DNA from: the human T2T-CHM13v2.0 reference genome, Homo sapiens
NCBI GenBank assembly: GCA_009914755.4
Contig: CP068257.2
Span: forward strand, 25,888,001 to 25,952,000
Length of the DNA stretch: 64,000 nucleotides
Direction: 5' to 3'
Below the pieces are notes generated by a model. That model was not told the DNA's origin and searched no databases. It saw only the letters and a program-made list of their open reading frames with translations. Shown piece after piece: positions 19,901 to 32,290 of this stretch; the first letter of the stretch is position 1, and each line of letters begins with the position of its first letter. The position numbers were made by a program, and so were the translations under genes.

Positions 19901-21938
19901 AGAGATTATTATATTTTTCAATTGTTTGAAACGATAAATTGTTCATTGGACTGAACAACGTGTCTTTTTCTCTTCAAATAATTTTATTTCCCCAATCTCC
20001 ATGTAACCTTTATATATGGAAGTCGCACGCTAGAAACATGGATAATCATGTCATTCATCTCCTGATTGATTCAGATTTATTAATAATGGTACTTATGAGT
20101 ATTAAAGGTATTTGACTTCCATCATCCACTACTGTGGTAGTTATGCTACTGCCCTATTTTTAAAAACCTAAATTCTAAAATCATTTTGATCAACCTCCAA
20201 CCATGGACAAATTACTTCATACTTGGCTGTATGTACCTATTAAAAGATATACTATACAGTGCAATATGTCATCCAATGTTTTATCTGAAAATATGTATTC
20301 CAACTATAGTAGGTTACCAGGGGATCTAAAATGCCATATTATTTCAAAATCGAAGACATGTAGTTCATTTTAGTTAATGATTTTTAGAATTCAAGATTAG
20401 ATATGGATCAGTCTACACTATTAAGTTTATTACATTAAGTCATCAGGAGAATAAGTAAAAGGGTGTTTTGCTTGTGGGAAAAAAAAAGAGACAAAAATAT
20501 GTCTGGTTTTCAATTAGATAAAACCTTCAAACTGCTCAAGGCATGGTCTTTATTGATTTAAAAATAAAACCCAAAGTAATACATTATATATTCCTATTTA
20601 ATTATGTATAAATATGATGGACTTAAAACATTAACTTTATTTCTTCTTATTTATGATCAGTTTAACTACAAATATAAGCTGTACCTTTGCATATCAAGTC
20701 CTATATTAAAAGATTATTCTTTTTGAGATTTAAAGAGCACATTTATAATATTTAATTAACTGTAGGAGGACTATTTTTGTAGATTTTGCAATTTGTTTCT
20801 CAGTTTAATATAATAGATTTTAATTAAAAATGTAGTTTCTATTCATTGGTGAGTATTGCATTATTCATCACCAGGGTACAGGATCTAACAAATATGTAAC
20901 ATTTTAAAATAGCAGTGTTGTCACATACTTTAGGGGCTCGATATTAAGTAGAAGGTGTTGTTTAATAATAGTAAAGGGAAAGACAAATAATTGTTTTTCT
21001 AGTCTAATTTGTTTTTGATATTCATAGTAAAAATCTCCTTTGGCTTCTATGATAAATACATATTTATCAACTGCCTTCCTTAGAGTATAAAGTAAAACAA
21101 AGAACTCTTGCCATGTCCCTAATCTAAAGTAAACCTGGTCATAAGCCAAATTATTCTGAAGTGCCTGCTAAATTTGGATCTTAGAATATTTGCCAAATGT
21201 GTAACTTGCCTTAACTGTGTATATTGTACAGTCAAATGTCAACAGTGTAGTTACATTGCTAAAAACCTTGGCTTTCAGCCTCATCTTGCAATTGAGTGCA
21301 GACATAACATATGAAAAATACATTTTATATAATCTAGTGTCAGTGGGCATGGTTACTATGATAAAATTAAATATCAACAAATAAAAAATAGGCCTTTGCA
21401 CTAAAGCCATGCTTTGTCTTTCAGTAATATTAGATGTTAGTGAGAAAAATGTTTTCCTTTAAATGATGCAAAGATTAAGTAAAGAAACTTGCAGAACCTA
21501 TTATACTTGTTCTCAAATTTGGAGTTCTAAAACACAATGTTCATGAATAGGTTATAGAAGTACAACAAAATTATCAGGGACTTTAATGGAGGTTCAATGA
21601 GGGAAAAATATATGCGTGTCCATCCAAAAAAGCAATTCTATTATTTTGGGGATGGTGAAACATTGTTTGGAAATGAAAACAATTATGAAGATAAAGCTTT
21701 CATCTTTCCAGCCCAACCAGTTAACTTAACATTTTAGACTAAAATTTGGTGCAAAAAGTTGCCATGTTTTCTAAACTTACTAATAGTTATATTACCTATT
21801 TACAAAGTGCTGCTTTAATATTTTAAAGCCATATTAAATTTATTTATACTAGCAATTTTTCAGCCTAATTCCAAGGATGATACTCAGGGTGTTATGAATC
21901 TTTTCTGAATGCCTGCAAAATTTTGATAGAATAGGCTT

Positions 21939-22301
21939 TGTATTAGTTTGTTCTCATGCTACTAATAAAGACTTAACTGAGAATGGATAATTTATAAAGG
22001 AAAGAGGTTTAATGGACTCACAGTTCCACATGGCTGGAGAGGCTTCCCAATCATGGCAGAAGATGAAGGAAGAGCAAGGGACGTCTTACATGGCAGCTAG
22101 CAAGAGAGTGTGTGCAGGGGAACGCTTCTTTATAAAACCATCAGATCTCTTGAGACTTATTCACTACCATGAGAACAGCACAGGAAAGACCTTCCCCCAT
22201 GATTCAATTACCTCCCCCTAGAAACCTCCCATGACACATGGGAATTATGGGACCTACAATTCAAGATGAGATTTGGGTAGGGACAGAGCCAAACGATATC
22301 A
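21939..22301 (-). repeat. THE1-type 3' LTR (about 363 bp)
   Basis: See the parent element. Aligns colinearly with the LTR at 23887-24243, with scattered substitutions and small indels. Confidence 0.8.
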
Positions 22302-22479
22302 TTCTGCCCCTGGCCCCTCCCAAATCTCATGTCCTCACATTTCAAAATGAATCATGTCTTCTCAACAGTCCCCCAAAGTCTTAACTCATTTCAGCATTAA
22401 CTCAAAAGTCCACAGTCCAAAGTTTCATCTGACAAAAAGCAAGTTCCTGCCACCTATAAGCTTGTAAAATCAAAAGCAA

Positions 22480-23345
22480 TTAATTATCTTCCAGATAAAA
22501 TGGGAGTACAGGCATTGGGTAAGTGTACCTGTTCCAAATAGGAGCAATTGGCCAAAACAAAGGGGTTACAAGGCCCACGTAAGTCTTAAATTTAGTAAGG
22601 CTGTAATTAAACCCTAAAGTTCCAAAATGATCTCCTTTCATTCCAAGTCTCATATCCAGTTTACCCTGATGCAAGAGGTGAGTTTCCATGGCTTTGGGCA
22701 GCTCCACCCCTATGACTTTGCAGGGCACAGCTTCCCTCCTGTCTGCTTTCACAGACTGGCATTGAGTGCCTGTGGCTTTTCTAGGTGCACAGTACAAGCT
22801 GTTGGTGAATCTACCATTCTTGGGTCTGGAGGATGGTGGCCTTCTTCCCACAGCTCCACTAGGCAGTGCTCCAGTAGGGACTCTGTGTAGTGGCTCCAAC
22901 TCCACATTTCCCTTCCACACTGCCCTAGCAGAGGTTCTCCATGAGAGCTCCTCCCCTGCAGCAAACTTCTGCCTAGACATCCCAGTGTTTCCATATATCC
23001 ACTGAAATCTAGGTGGAGATTCCAAAACCTCAATTCTAGACTTTTGTGTACCCACAGACTTAACACCACATGGAAACTGAAAAGCTTGGGGCTTGCACCC
23101 TCTGAAGCCATGGCCTGAGTTGTACCTTGGCTCCTTATAGCCACAGCTGGAGCAGTTGGGATGCAGAACACCAAGTCCCTCGGCTGCACACAGCAGCGGG
23201 GCTGTGGGCCAGGCCCACAAAACAATTTTTTTCTCCCAGCCCTCCAGTGCTGTGATGGGAGGGGCTGCTTGGAGGGTCTCTGACATGCCCTGGAGACATT
23301 TTCCCCATTGTCTTGGCAATTAACATTTGGCTCCTCATTAGGCAA
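22480..23345 (-). pseudogene. MaLR (THE1) internal ORF remnant, a non-retroviral ORF of unknown function typical of MaLR internal regions
   Basis: ORFs 22480..23319 (279 aa) and 22749..23345 (198 aa), overlapping in different frames, lie wholly inside the THE1 internal region. A frameshift splits the ancestral ORF. No similarity to gag/pol recognisable by eye. Confidence 0.6.
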
Positions 23346-23886
23346 ATTTCTGCAGCCAGCTTGAACTTCTCCTCAGAAGATGTTTTTTTTTTTTTTCTAT
23401 CACATCATCAGGCTGCACATTTTCTGAATTTTTATACTCTGCTTCTGTTTTAAACATAAGTTCCAATTCCAAACCATATCTTTGAGAATACATAAAACTG
23501 AATGCTTTTAACAGCACCCAAGTCACATCTTGAATGCTTTACTGCTTAGAAATTTTTTTCCACCAGATGTCCTAAATCACCTCTCTCAAGTTCAAAGTTC
23601 CATGACTCTCTAGGGCAGGGGCAAAATTTCACCAGCCTCTTTGCTAAAACATAACAAGAGTCACCTTTATTCCAGTTCCCAACAAGTTCCTCATCTCCAT
23701 CTGAGATGAGCTGCATTTAGTCAAAGTCATTCAACAAGTCTCTACAAAGTTGCAAACTTTCCCATATCATCCTGTCCGCTTCTGAGCCCCCCAAACTGTT
23801 CCAATCTGTGCCTGTTACCCAGTTCCAAAGTCACTTCTACATTTTAGGGTATCTTTAGAGCAGCATCCCACTACCTGGTACCAATT

Positions 23887-24243
23887 TACTGTTAGTCTAT
23901 TTTCATGCTGCTAATAAGGGCATACCTGAGACTGGGTAATTTATAAAGGAAAGAGATTTAGTTGACTCACAGCTCCAAATGGCAGAACTAATCATGGTGA
24001 AAGGAGAAGGAAGAGCAAAGGGACATCTTACGTGGTGTTAGGCAAGAGAGCGTGTGCAGGGTAACTCTCCTTTATAAAACCATCAGATCTCCTGAGACTT
24101 TCTTACTATCTCAAGAATAGCACAGGAAAGACCCACCCCCATTATTCATTTACCTCCCACCGGATCTCTTCCACAACATGTGGGAATTATGGGAGCTACA
24201 ATTCAAGATGAGATTTGGGTGGGAACACAGCCAAACCATATCA
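23887..24243 (-). repeat. THE1-type 5' LTR (about 357 bp)
   Basis: See the parent element. Ends (top strand) ...gagatttgggtgggaacacagccaaaccatatca, followed by the duplicated ggctt. Confidence 0.8.
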
Positions 24244-25961
24244 GGCTTGTATATATTGGTTTAGGGTAAGAGATGGGGGTTAGAAAATCTAAATTCTTCA
24301 TCACAGTCTTCAGTAGATTTTGACCCATTCAAAAGCTAAGAATCACTAGTATGTTCCATTCTATTCTGATACTTGGCTGCTTCTGTCATTATACTCTTCT
24401 ACCATTATCCTTCCTTAAAAAGTTATTTTGCTGTAGGCAGATATTCTGAGTAGTTGAAACGAAAGTTTCAGTCTTAAATGTTTTCTCCATGATGTAATTT
24501 AATAGTGATCTGGGTAAAACTTAAAACACCACTTTTAATAGAGTGATACCCTAATAAAATACACTTTCATGGAGCTTTGTTAAATATGTCTGCAACAGTG
24601 TGCTACTGTTTTTAAAAACATTTTCTATTTTATATTATACAGATATGAGAAAACTGCCATTCTAACAATTACAATGAGCTCAAATGCCTTCAGTCTTAGA
24701 ACAAAACCAGATGAAAATTATTGTTACTTAAAAAAAAATAGATCTTTTAAAATGAACTCTTCCTCCCACTCCAAATTTCTCCATTGTGATGTAACTTAAA
24801 TATTGCTGTTTCTTTAGTAAAAAAATTAAAAAAGACACGTTTTGATTATTTTCATAATTAATATATTAGTAGCAATATTTTTCTAATTGCCATTACTCTT
24901 TTGTACTTTGTTATTTTTGCTGTCTTTAACCTAGACATTGGGAAAGAAAATTTTAAAAAATGTTTTTAACAGCTTCTTTAGGAGCCCAGTTCATGCTTAG
25001 TACAGTCATCAAAAATTCTACTAAGCTTCACAAACTATTATATAGATTTTTATAATACCTAGTTTCTTAAAAAAGGAATTAGATTACAGAAATTTGGGCT
25101 TAAAATATTTTAACTTTTTATTTTGGGATAACTTTAGATTTACAGAAGAGTTACAAAACCAGTGCAAAGAAATCTAGTGTAACTGTCAACCAGATTCTCT
25201 CTATGTTAACACTTAACATAATCAAAGAGTTGCTAAAGAAAATAACTCCAGTACCTTTATTGTAACTAAACTACTAACTTTTTTTGGTGGGATGTGGGGT
25301 TCACTAGTTTTCCCAGTCATGCTCCTTTTCTCTTCCTAGCTCCCATCTAGTATCCCATGTATTTATTTGACATGTATGCTATGTTCTTTCTATCTGTGAC
25401 AGTCCTTCAGTCTTTCCTTGTCTTTTATGACCTTGACACTTTTGATTAGGCTTGTAAGTTATTTTATAGAATGTCTGTTAATGTGCACCTGCCTGGTGTT
25501 TCCTCATGATTATACTACGGTTATGAATTATCGGGAAGGATACTATCAAGGCGATGTGCCATTCTCTCCACCTCATATCAGTAGATACATGATATTGATA
25601 TGTATTACTGGTAATGTTAACTTTGATTAATTAGTTAAAATGATACCATGTGGATTCTACAACTAAAATAACTATGCTTCCCTTTATACTTATGAAATAT
25701 TTGGGTATAGTGGGGAGATTCTTTGAGTTTACAAGCATCTTGTTTCCACTTAAACTTCTACTCACTAATTTCAGTATCCATGGGTGGGTCTTGTCTGCAA
25801 CTGTGATGTTCTAATAGTGATGCTCTATTTACCCCATTTCTTCTACATTTATTAGTTAAGATTCTTTTGTAAGGAAGGAATGTTCCCTCTCTGTTATTAT
25901 TTACATATTCTGTTTCTTATAACATCAACATGGAATCATGTGTGATTGTGCTATTACTGAA

Positions 25962-26171
25962 AAAGAATATTTAGAAACCAAAAACTGGGGGTTAAGTGGG
26001 CTCATTGCTAGTGGAATTTCACTGCTTTTATTAACTCTTGATGAATAGAGACAGGAAATATATGTATGTGTATTACTGCATGCATTCACACCTATCTGTC
26101 ACACACGTGAGCATGTGCGCGCACGCACACACACACACAAATTCATTTCAGCACCACAGGTGTCATTCTTC
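25962..26171 (+). repeat. Copy 1 of a locally duplicated segment of about 200 bp
   Basis: aaagaatatttagaaaccaaaaactgggggttaagtgggctcattgctagtggaatttcactgcttttattaactcttgatgaatagagacaggaaatatatgtatgtgtattactgcatgcattcacacctatctgtcacacacgtgagc...acaaattcatttcagcaccacaggtgtcattcttc. Confidence 0.7.
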
Positions 26172-26438
26172 AAACTATATTTAGTTGTTGTTGTTATTCA
26201 CATTGTTCAGTTACAGCAACAGGATTCTATGAAGTTGGTGCTTTCATCTGGGCTCTTATAGCCTTTCCACATGCTCCCATCCTTTTCTGTTTTTATTTGT
26301 TGGCTTTGGGCACTTTCTTAACTTCAAGTAAGAAAGCAATTTTAGTAGCCACAAGATTCTCCAGGCTCACTTTATATTTTCCCTGCCCCTTCTCTGAGAT
26401 CTTCCATATCTCCTAGAAGTTCTGACTCTTTTTGTTGG

Positions 26439-26628
26439 AAAATAATATTTAGAAACCAAGAACTGGATGTTAAGTGTGCTCACTGCTATTGGAGTGTCAG
26501 TGCTTTTAGTAGTTCTCGGTGGATAGAGACAGGAAATGTATGTATGTTCATTAATACCTGCATTCACACCTATCTCTCTGTTAACACACACATACAGTTC
26601 ATTTCAACACCATGGGCATCATTCTCTC
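26439..26628 (+). repeat. Copy 2 of the same segment (about 80% identical by eye)
   Basis: aataatatttagaaaccaagaactggatgttaagtgtgctcactgctattggagtgtcagtgcttttagtagttctcggtggatagagacaggaaatgtatgtatgttcattaatacctgcattcacacctatctctctgttaacacacacatacagttcatttcaacaccatgggcatcattctctc. Confidence 0.7.
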
Positions 26629-27351
26629 TTTCCTTCTTTTCTTATTTATAACTTCTTGGGAAGTCTGACTTTTATTATCAAGAATATATTTGTTTATCTT
26701 TTCAACCTTAGTATAAAAGTAAAATAATTTAAGAATTTGTAATTCATTACCAACTAGAATATAGTGTTTGTGTACAGTTTGTTTGCCTTTAGCCATACAA
26801 TATTCAGTCAAAATAATGTTTTTCACAGTTTCCAAGAACAGCTCCCTTCTTCGTTATCCCCTTGAGTGTGGGTATGTGATTCATTTGTAAGACATTTAGA
26901 TCCATTTATTGCAATCTACATTCCATCTTTCCCCATACACTGACTGGTATGTTTTTAACATTCACATGCAGTGATAATTATTTTTTGTGGTGTACAGTTT
27001 GATTTGTTTTGACAAATGGATACAGACATGTACCCACCGCAACAATTCCATACAGAAGAGTCCTATCACCCCCAAAATGTTCTTCTGGTAACTTTTCATC
27101 ATCAAACCATCCCCATTTTTCCCAAATCCTGCAATAACAGATCTGTTGTTTTGTCCATATAGTTTTGCTTTTTCCAGAGTCTTATGCAGATGGAATTATG
27201 ACGTGTACAGTTTTTGGGTCTGATTTTTTTTTTGGCAACTAGCAAAATATATTTTAAGATTTATGCATATTGTAGCATCAATAAATATTTTTGTTTCTGT
27301 TTTTTGACTACTATTTTCCTTGTAGGGAATATGCTAAAAAGAGAATTTAAA

Positions 27352-27612
27352 TCACCCAGGCTGGAGTACAGTGGCAAGATAATGGCTCACTGCCGCATAA
27401 AACTCCTGGGCTCAAGTGATCCTCCTGCTTCAGCTTCCTGAGTAGCTGGGACTATAGGCAGGAGTCACCATATTTGTTAATTTTTTTTTAATTTTTAGAA
27501 ATTGGGTCTTACTATGTTAACCAGCTGGTCTCGAACTCTTGGCCTAATGTGATCCTCCTGCCTCAGCTTCCCATAGCATTTAGATTACAGATATGAGGCA
27601 CTGAGACCGGCC
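27352..27612 (-). mobile_element. Alu SINE (antisense, tail-truncated)
   Basis: cacccaggctggagtacagtggcaagataatggctcactgccgcataaaactcctgggctcaagtgatcctcctgcttcagcttcctgagtagctgggactataggc...ggtctcgaactcttggcctaatgtgatcctcctgcctcagcttccc. The ORF at 27214..27441 runs into it. Confidence 0.85.
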
Positions 27613-27959
27613 AACCTCACTTTTTTTTTTTAATAATTTTTTTCTAGTGTGCTCCAAATTTAAAGATAGGTTACATTGATTTTCTTTCAAATGTATATGA
27701 GGAAAAGTTTTTTTTGTTTCCATTTCACTTTTCGTCTGAGCTATGGTGAACAGAGTTCCAAGGAAAAGGGGATAATTACTAGTTAAGTTGACATTTAGTA
27801 ACTGGTGTTTTACTGAGTAAAGTTATATTCATGTCCAAAGGCTCTACAGAAATATACATGTAGTTGGAACAAATCTGAAAGCATCATCATTTGTAGAAAT
27901 GCAGAGAAGTTATTTAGGGAAAGTATTATGTCCAAGCACAATAGTCTATGATCAATAAT

Positions 27960-28165
27960 CAGGGACTGAGTTCAAACCCTAACTCCAGTGCTTACTACCT
28001 GTTTACTACCTGTGTGGCCAGTGTCTCAATGTCCTCATTTCTAAGGTGGGATAACAATATCTACATCACAAAGGTTATTTTGAGCTTTAAATAAGATACA
28101 GATTTTTAAAGTGTTTAACATAGTACTTGGGATGTAGTAAGTGCGTAATAAATGTTAAGTATATG
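27960..28165 (+). mobile_element. MIR SINE
   Basis: gagttcaaaccctaactccagtgcttactacctgt...ctcaatgtcctcatttctaaggtgggataacaatatctacatcacaaaggttattttgagctttaaataag...gtgtttaacatagtacttgggatgtagtaagtgcgtaataaatgttaag parallels the MIR consensus from gggttcgaatcccggctctgccacttactagctgtgtgacc to gcctggcacatagtaagcgctcaataaatgttag. Confidence 0.65.
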
Positions 28166-28744
28166 TAGATATTTATTTATATATCTCCTAGAGAAAATTC
28201 CCTGCCCCAAAACATGTGTTTCTAATCTAAATAACTAAATAACTAGGTGATAAATTCCTGAGTATAAGATTAGAAGTCTGCTGAAAGGGGAAGGAGATTG
28301 TGGAGAGGACTCTGTTGAGTGTCATCCTCTATAATAGTGTGACCAAAGAAGGCTGTCTAAACTGTGCTTCACATAGAATTTTCCAGTTCTATCTGACATT
28401 CCAAAAAGAGGGGTCAGAAATGAGGCCCCAAAATAGCCTTGTGTATGTGTTTATGTTTATAAATGGTTGATTTATTACATAGTAATTGGTAAGTTTATGG
28501 AAGTATGTAAAAGATATACACAAAAGGCAAATCCACTTTATTGTAAGTTGGACTGACTTTTATTGTGGACGTTCAGTGTTGATCTTTCCTAGATTGCAAT
28601 AATTCTACCTGTGTGACATCTTTTCTATCTGTACAAGTTGAAACAGTGTCAACAATAAAATAAAAATGAGTATGTGGCTGTTATTTAACCATTTAAATGC
28701 ATCTCCAGATTCGTTATCTTATTTGATACTTTAACACACATTTA

Positions 28745-28775
28745 CACACACACACACACACACACACATTCACAC
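28745..28775. repeat. (CA)n microsatellite
   Basis: tacacacacacacacacacacacacattcacaca. Confidence 0.95.
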
Positions 28776-29842
28776 AGAGATCTTGTGAGGTAAGAATGGC
28801 AGACCTTGCTAATCTTATTTGACTTTTCTCTGAGCTATTGTATTACCTCCTTAAAAGCTTTCCTGTCTGTAATCTTTTGCTGTTTCCATTCTTCTTACTA
28901 TTGCTGAATAATTATCATCAAGCATCCATCATCTCTCTACTTCAGAAGAGTTTAATTATTTCTGATTATTATTCTAAGTACCAGAAATAGTAAAAAGAAA
29001 TAATTAATCAAGAAAATAAATAAATAAAATATGACACATCTTTTCCCCTAGGAGAATATATCCATCTAGATCAATGCCAAAATTAAGTGTGATAAGTACT
29101 ATAACAGAAAGATATAGAGATCATCGTAGAAGACAGAAGAGAGAGACATCTAAGTCAGACTTGGCAGGCAGGAAAAGCTTCCTTGATGAAGAAATGTATA
29201 GTCTGAATTTTGAAGGCCCAGAAGGAAGTCCAAGATGGTAAAAGGCCGAGCATTTCATTTTCAAGGCATTATAGCTGTAAAGGCACAAAGGCATGAAACA
29301 CGTGGGGACTGTGGATGGTTCAGTTAACAGAGGGAGATAGTAGTGGAGTGGTAAAAAATGATGAGAGGCAGTAAAAATTCATATGACAACATTTGTGATA
29401 AATATAACATTACCTTAAAAGAGTTGGAGAAAATGGATGCACTTTGAGCCTCTATGTAACATGATTGTAATTATAGAAATACCATTCTGAAAATAATGTG
29501 GAAGATGGATTGGACATGGGGTATGAGAGCTGGTGAGACCAAGCAGCCAGGCAAAGGGGTGTTGCAGAATTTCAGGATGTAGCAATGAGTGTCATAAGTT
29601 GAATAGTATTTATGAGACTGCAATAAAATGAAGGGAGCTAGAAAGAGATAACTCAGAAGTATGGGGAGAAGATGGGGATTGAATTCATGAATTTAGGAAA
29701 CACATCTATGGTGTGGGCTTGTGGGTAAAGGGATGTCTCTTGTATGCAAATATGGATGGAAAAGGAAGAACAAGTGCAAGAAATTAATACAGCACATGTT
29801 ATTTGGAATATTCTGTGTTTAAAAGTAGACATCTGATAGGCT

Positions 29843-30160
<318 letters not shown>

Positions 30161-30813
30161 GATAGGCATTTAATATATGTCAACTGCTGGACACAGAGGC
30201 ATGAGATAGAAAATTGGCGTTTATTAACATACACATGGAATATGAAGCAAAAGGTTTGGATGAGTATACTTAGAAAACTGATGTAGGAAGGACAGAGGAC
30301 TATAGCTTAAGCTACATTTAAAGGACAATGAAAAAGAAGACCATGCAGGAAGCTGAGGATAAAGGCTAGGTGAATCAAAAGAAATCAGAGAGCAGCAGGA
30401 TGGCTATCAAGGAAGAAGAGTTTCAAGAAGAAAGGGGGTGCTCAACTTTGCAAAAAAACAAAGAATTTCAGTCAGAAAGGAAAGAACGATATTCATTGTA
30501 TAGTCAACATTAAGTCACTGAAGGACTTAAGAAGAGCATTTGTATTGACCTATGGCTGGTGTTGTGGACTAAACTATTTCCCTTAAAATGTGTATGTTTA
30601 AGTCCTAACAGCTAGTACCTCAGAATGTAAACAATTTGGAGATAGAACTTTGGTTAAGCAGGACAAAAATACAGTCACATAGAAGGAATAAGTTTTAATA
30701 TTTGATAGTACATTAGGAAAATTATAGTTAAGAACAATTTATTGGATATTTCAAAATAACTAGAAGAGAAGATTTGTAGTGTTCCCAAAACAAAGAAAAA
30801 TGTTTTAGGTGAA

Positions 30814-31152
<339 letters not shown>

Positions 31153-31435
31153 TCATTATGCATTGTATACAGGTATGAAAATATCACATCTACCCACAAA
31201 ATCGCTACAAAACTAAACAAAATGAGTTGTTAGAGTGGAACCTGATCTAATCTGACTGGCGTCTTTATATGAAGAAGGAATTTGGACACACAGAGGGACA
31301 CCCTGGGTTAGTGAGCAAAAAAGGAAGACCATGTGAGGACACAGCAAGAAGGTGACCGTCTGCAACCAAGGAGAGAGGCCCCAGAAGAAAAAAAGACACT
31401 GCTAACACCTTGGTCTCAGTAAGAAAATTAATTTT

Positions 31436-31757
<322 letters not shown>

Positions 31758-31914
31758 TCAGTCAGTGGCGTTTTGTGATGGCAGCCCCAGCAAATTAATT
31801 AACCTGGGAAGGAGGTAATTTTATGAAAAGATGAGGACTAAGTTGGAGCAATGGATGTGGGTCACTCTTATAAGCTTTACAGTTAAAGGCAGCATTTTTT
31901 AGAGTAGAGAGAAA

Positions 31915-32129
31915 TTTTTTTTTTTTTTTTTTTTTTAAGATGAAGTCTACCTCTGTCGCACAGGCTGGAGTGCAGTGACGCAATCTTGGCTCTCTGCAAC
32001 CTTGTGCCTCAGCCTCCTGAGTAGCTGGGATTACAGGCGCTGGTCTCAAATTCCTGACCTCAAGTGATCCGCCCGCCTCAGACTCCCAAAGTGCCGGGAT
32101 TACAGGCATGAGCCACTGTGCCCTGCCAA
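31915..32129 (-). mobile_element. Alu SINE (antisense) with internal deletion of the middle region, poly-T tail and 12-bp target-site duplication gtagagagaaat
   Basis: T(24)aagatgaagtctacctctgtcgcacaggctggagtgcagtgacgcaatcttggctctctgcaaccttgtgcctcagcctcctgagtagctgggattacaggcgc then a jump to tggtctcaaattcctgacctcaagtgatccgcccgcctcagactcccaaagtgccgggattacaggcatgagccactgtgccc. Flanks agagtagagagaaat and gggtagagagaaat. The 104-aa ORF at 31795..32109 is a read-through. Confidence 0.9.
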
Positions 32130-32204
32130 GGGTAGAGAGAAATTCGACGTGGAGAAACAGCCTTAGGGTTTGTTGGCTGGTTTCGTTTTGTTTCAGATAG
32201 GAGA

Positions 32205-32290
32205 CAAGTGAGCATGTTTATACACTAAACATGTTTATACATATTTTTATACACTAAGCATGTTTATACAAATGTTTATACACTAGTGAA
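32205..32290. repeat. Short tandem repeat, roughly 5 copies of a 16-18-bp unit (catgtttatacactaa)
   Basis: acactaaacatgtttatacatatttttatacactaagcatgtttatacaaatgtttatacactagtg. Confidence 0.8.

Larger units (their letters stand above)
21939..24243 (-). mobile_element. Complete THE1-type MaLR LTR retrotransposon (LTR-internal-LTR, about 2.3 kb) with 5-bp target-site duplication GGCTT
   Basis: Both LTRs carry the THE1/MST signature as reverse complement (..ccatcagatctc.tgagact..actatc..agaacagcacaggaaagacc..cccatgattcaattacctccc..catgtgggaattatgggagctacaattcaagatgagatttgggt.ggacacagccaaac.atatca). The internal part ends ..ccatatcattctgcccctggcccctcccaaatctcatgtcctcacatttcaaaatg. Termini are TG...CA on the element strand. 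Flanking GGCTT lies at 21934-21938 and 24244-24248. Confidence 0.8.

Noticed and set aside
22480-23345. 279-aa and 198-aa overlapping minus-strand ORFs as a gene
   Set aside because: They lie entirely within the internal region of a THE1 (MaLR) element bounded by two LTRs. They are remnants of the MaLR internal ORF, broken by a frameshift.
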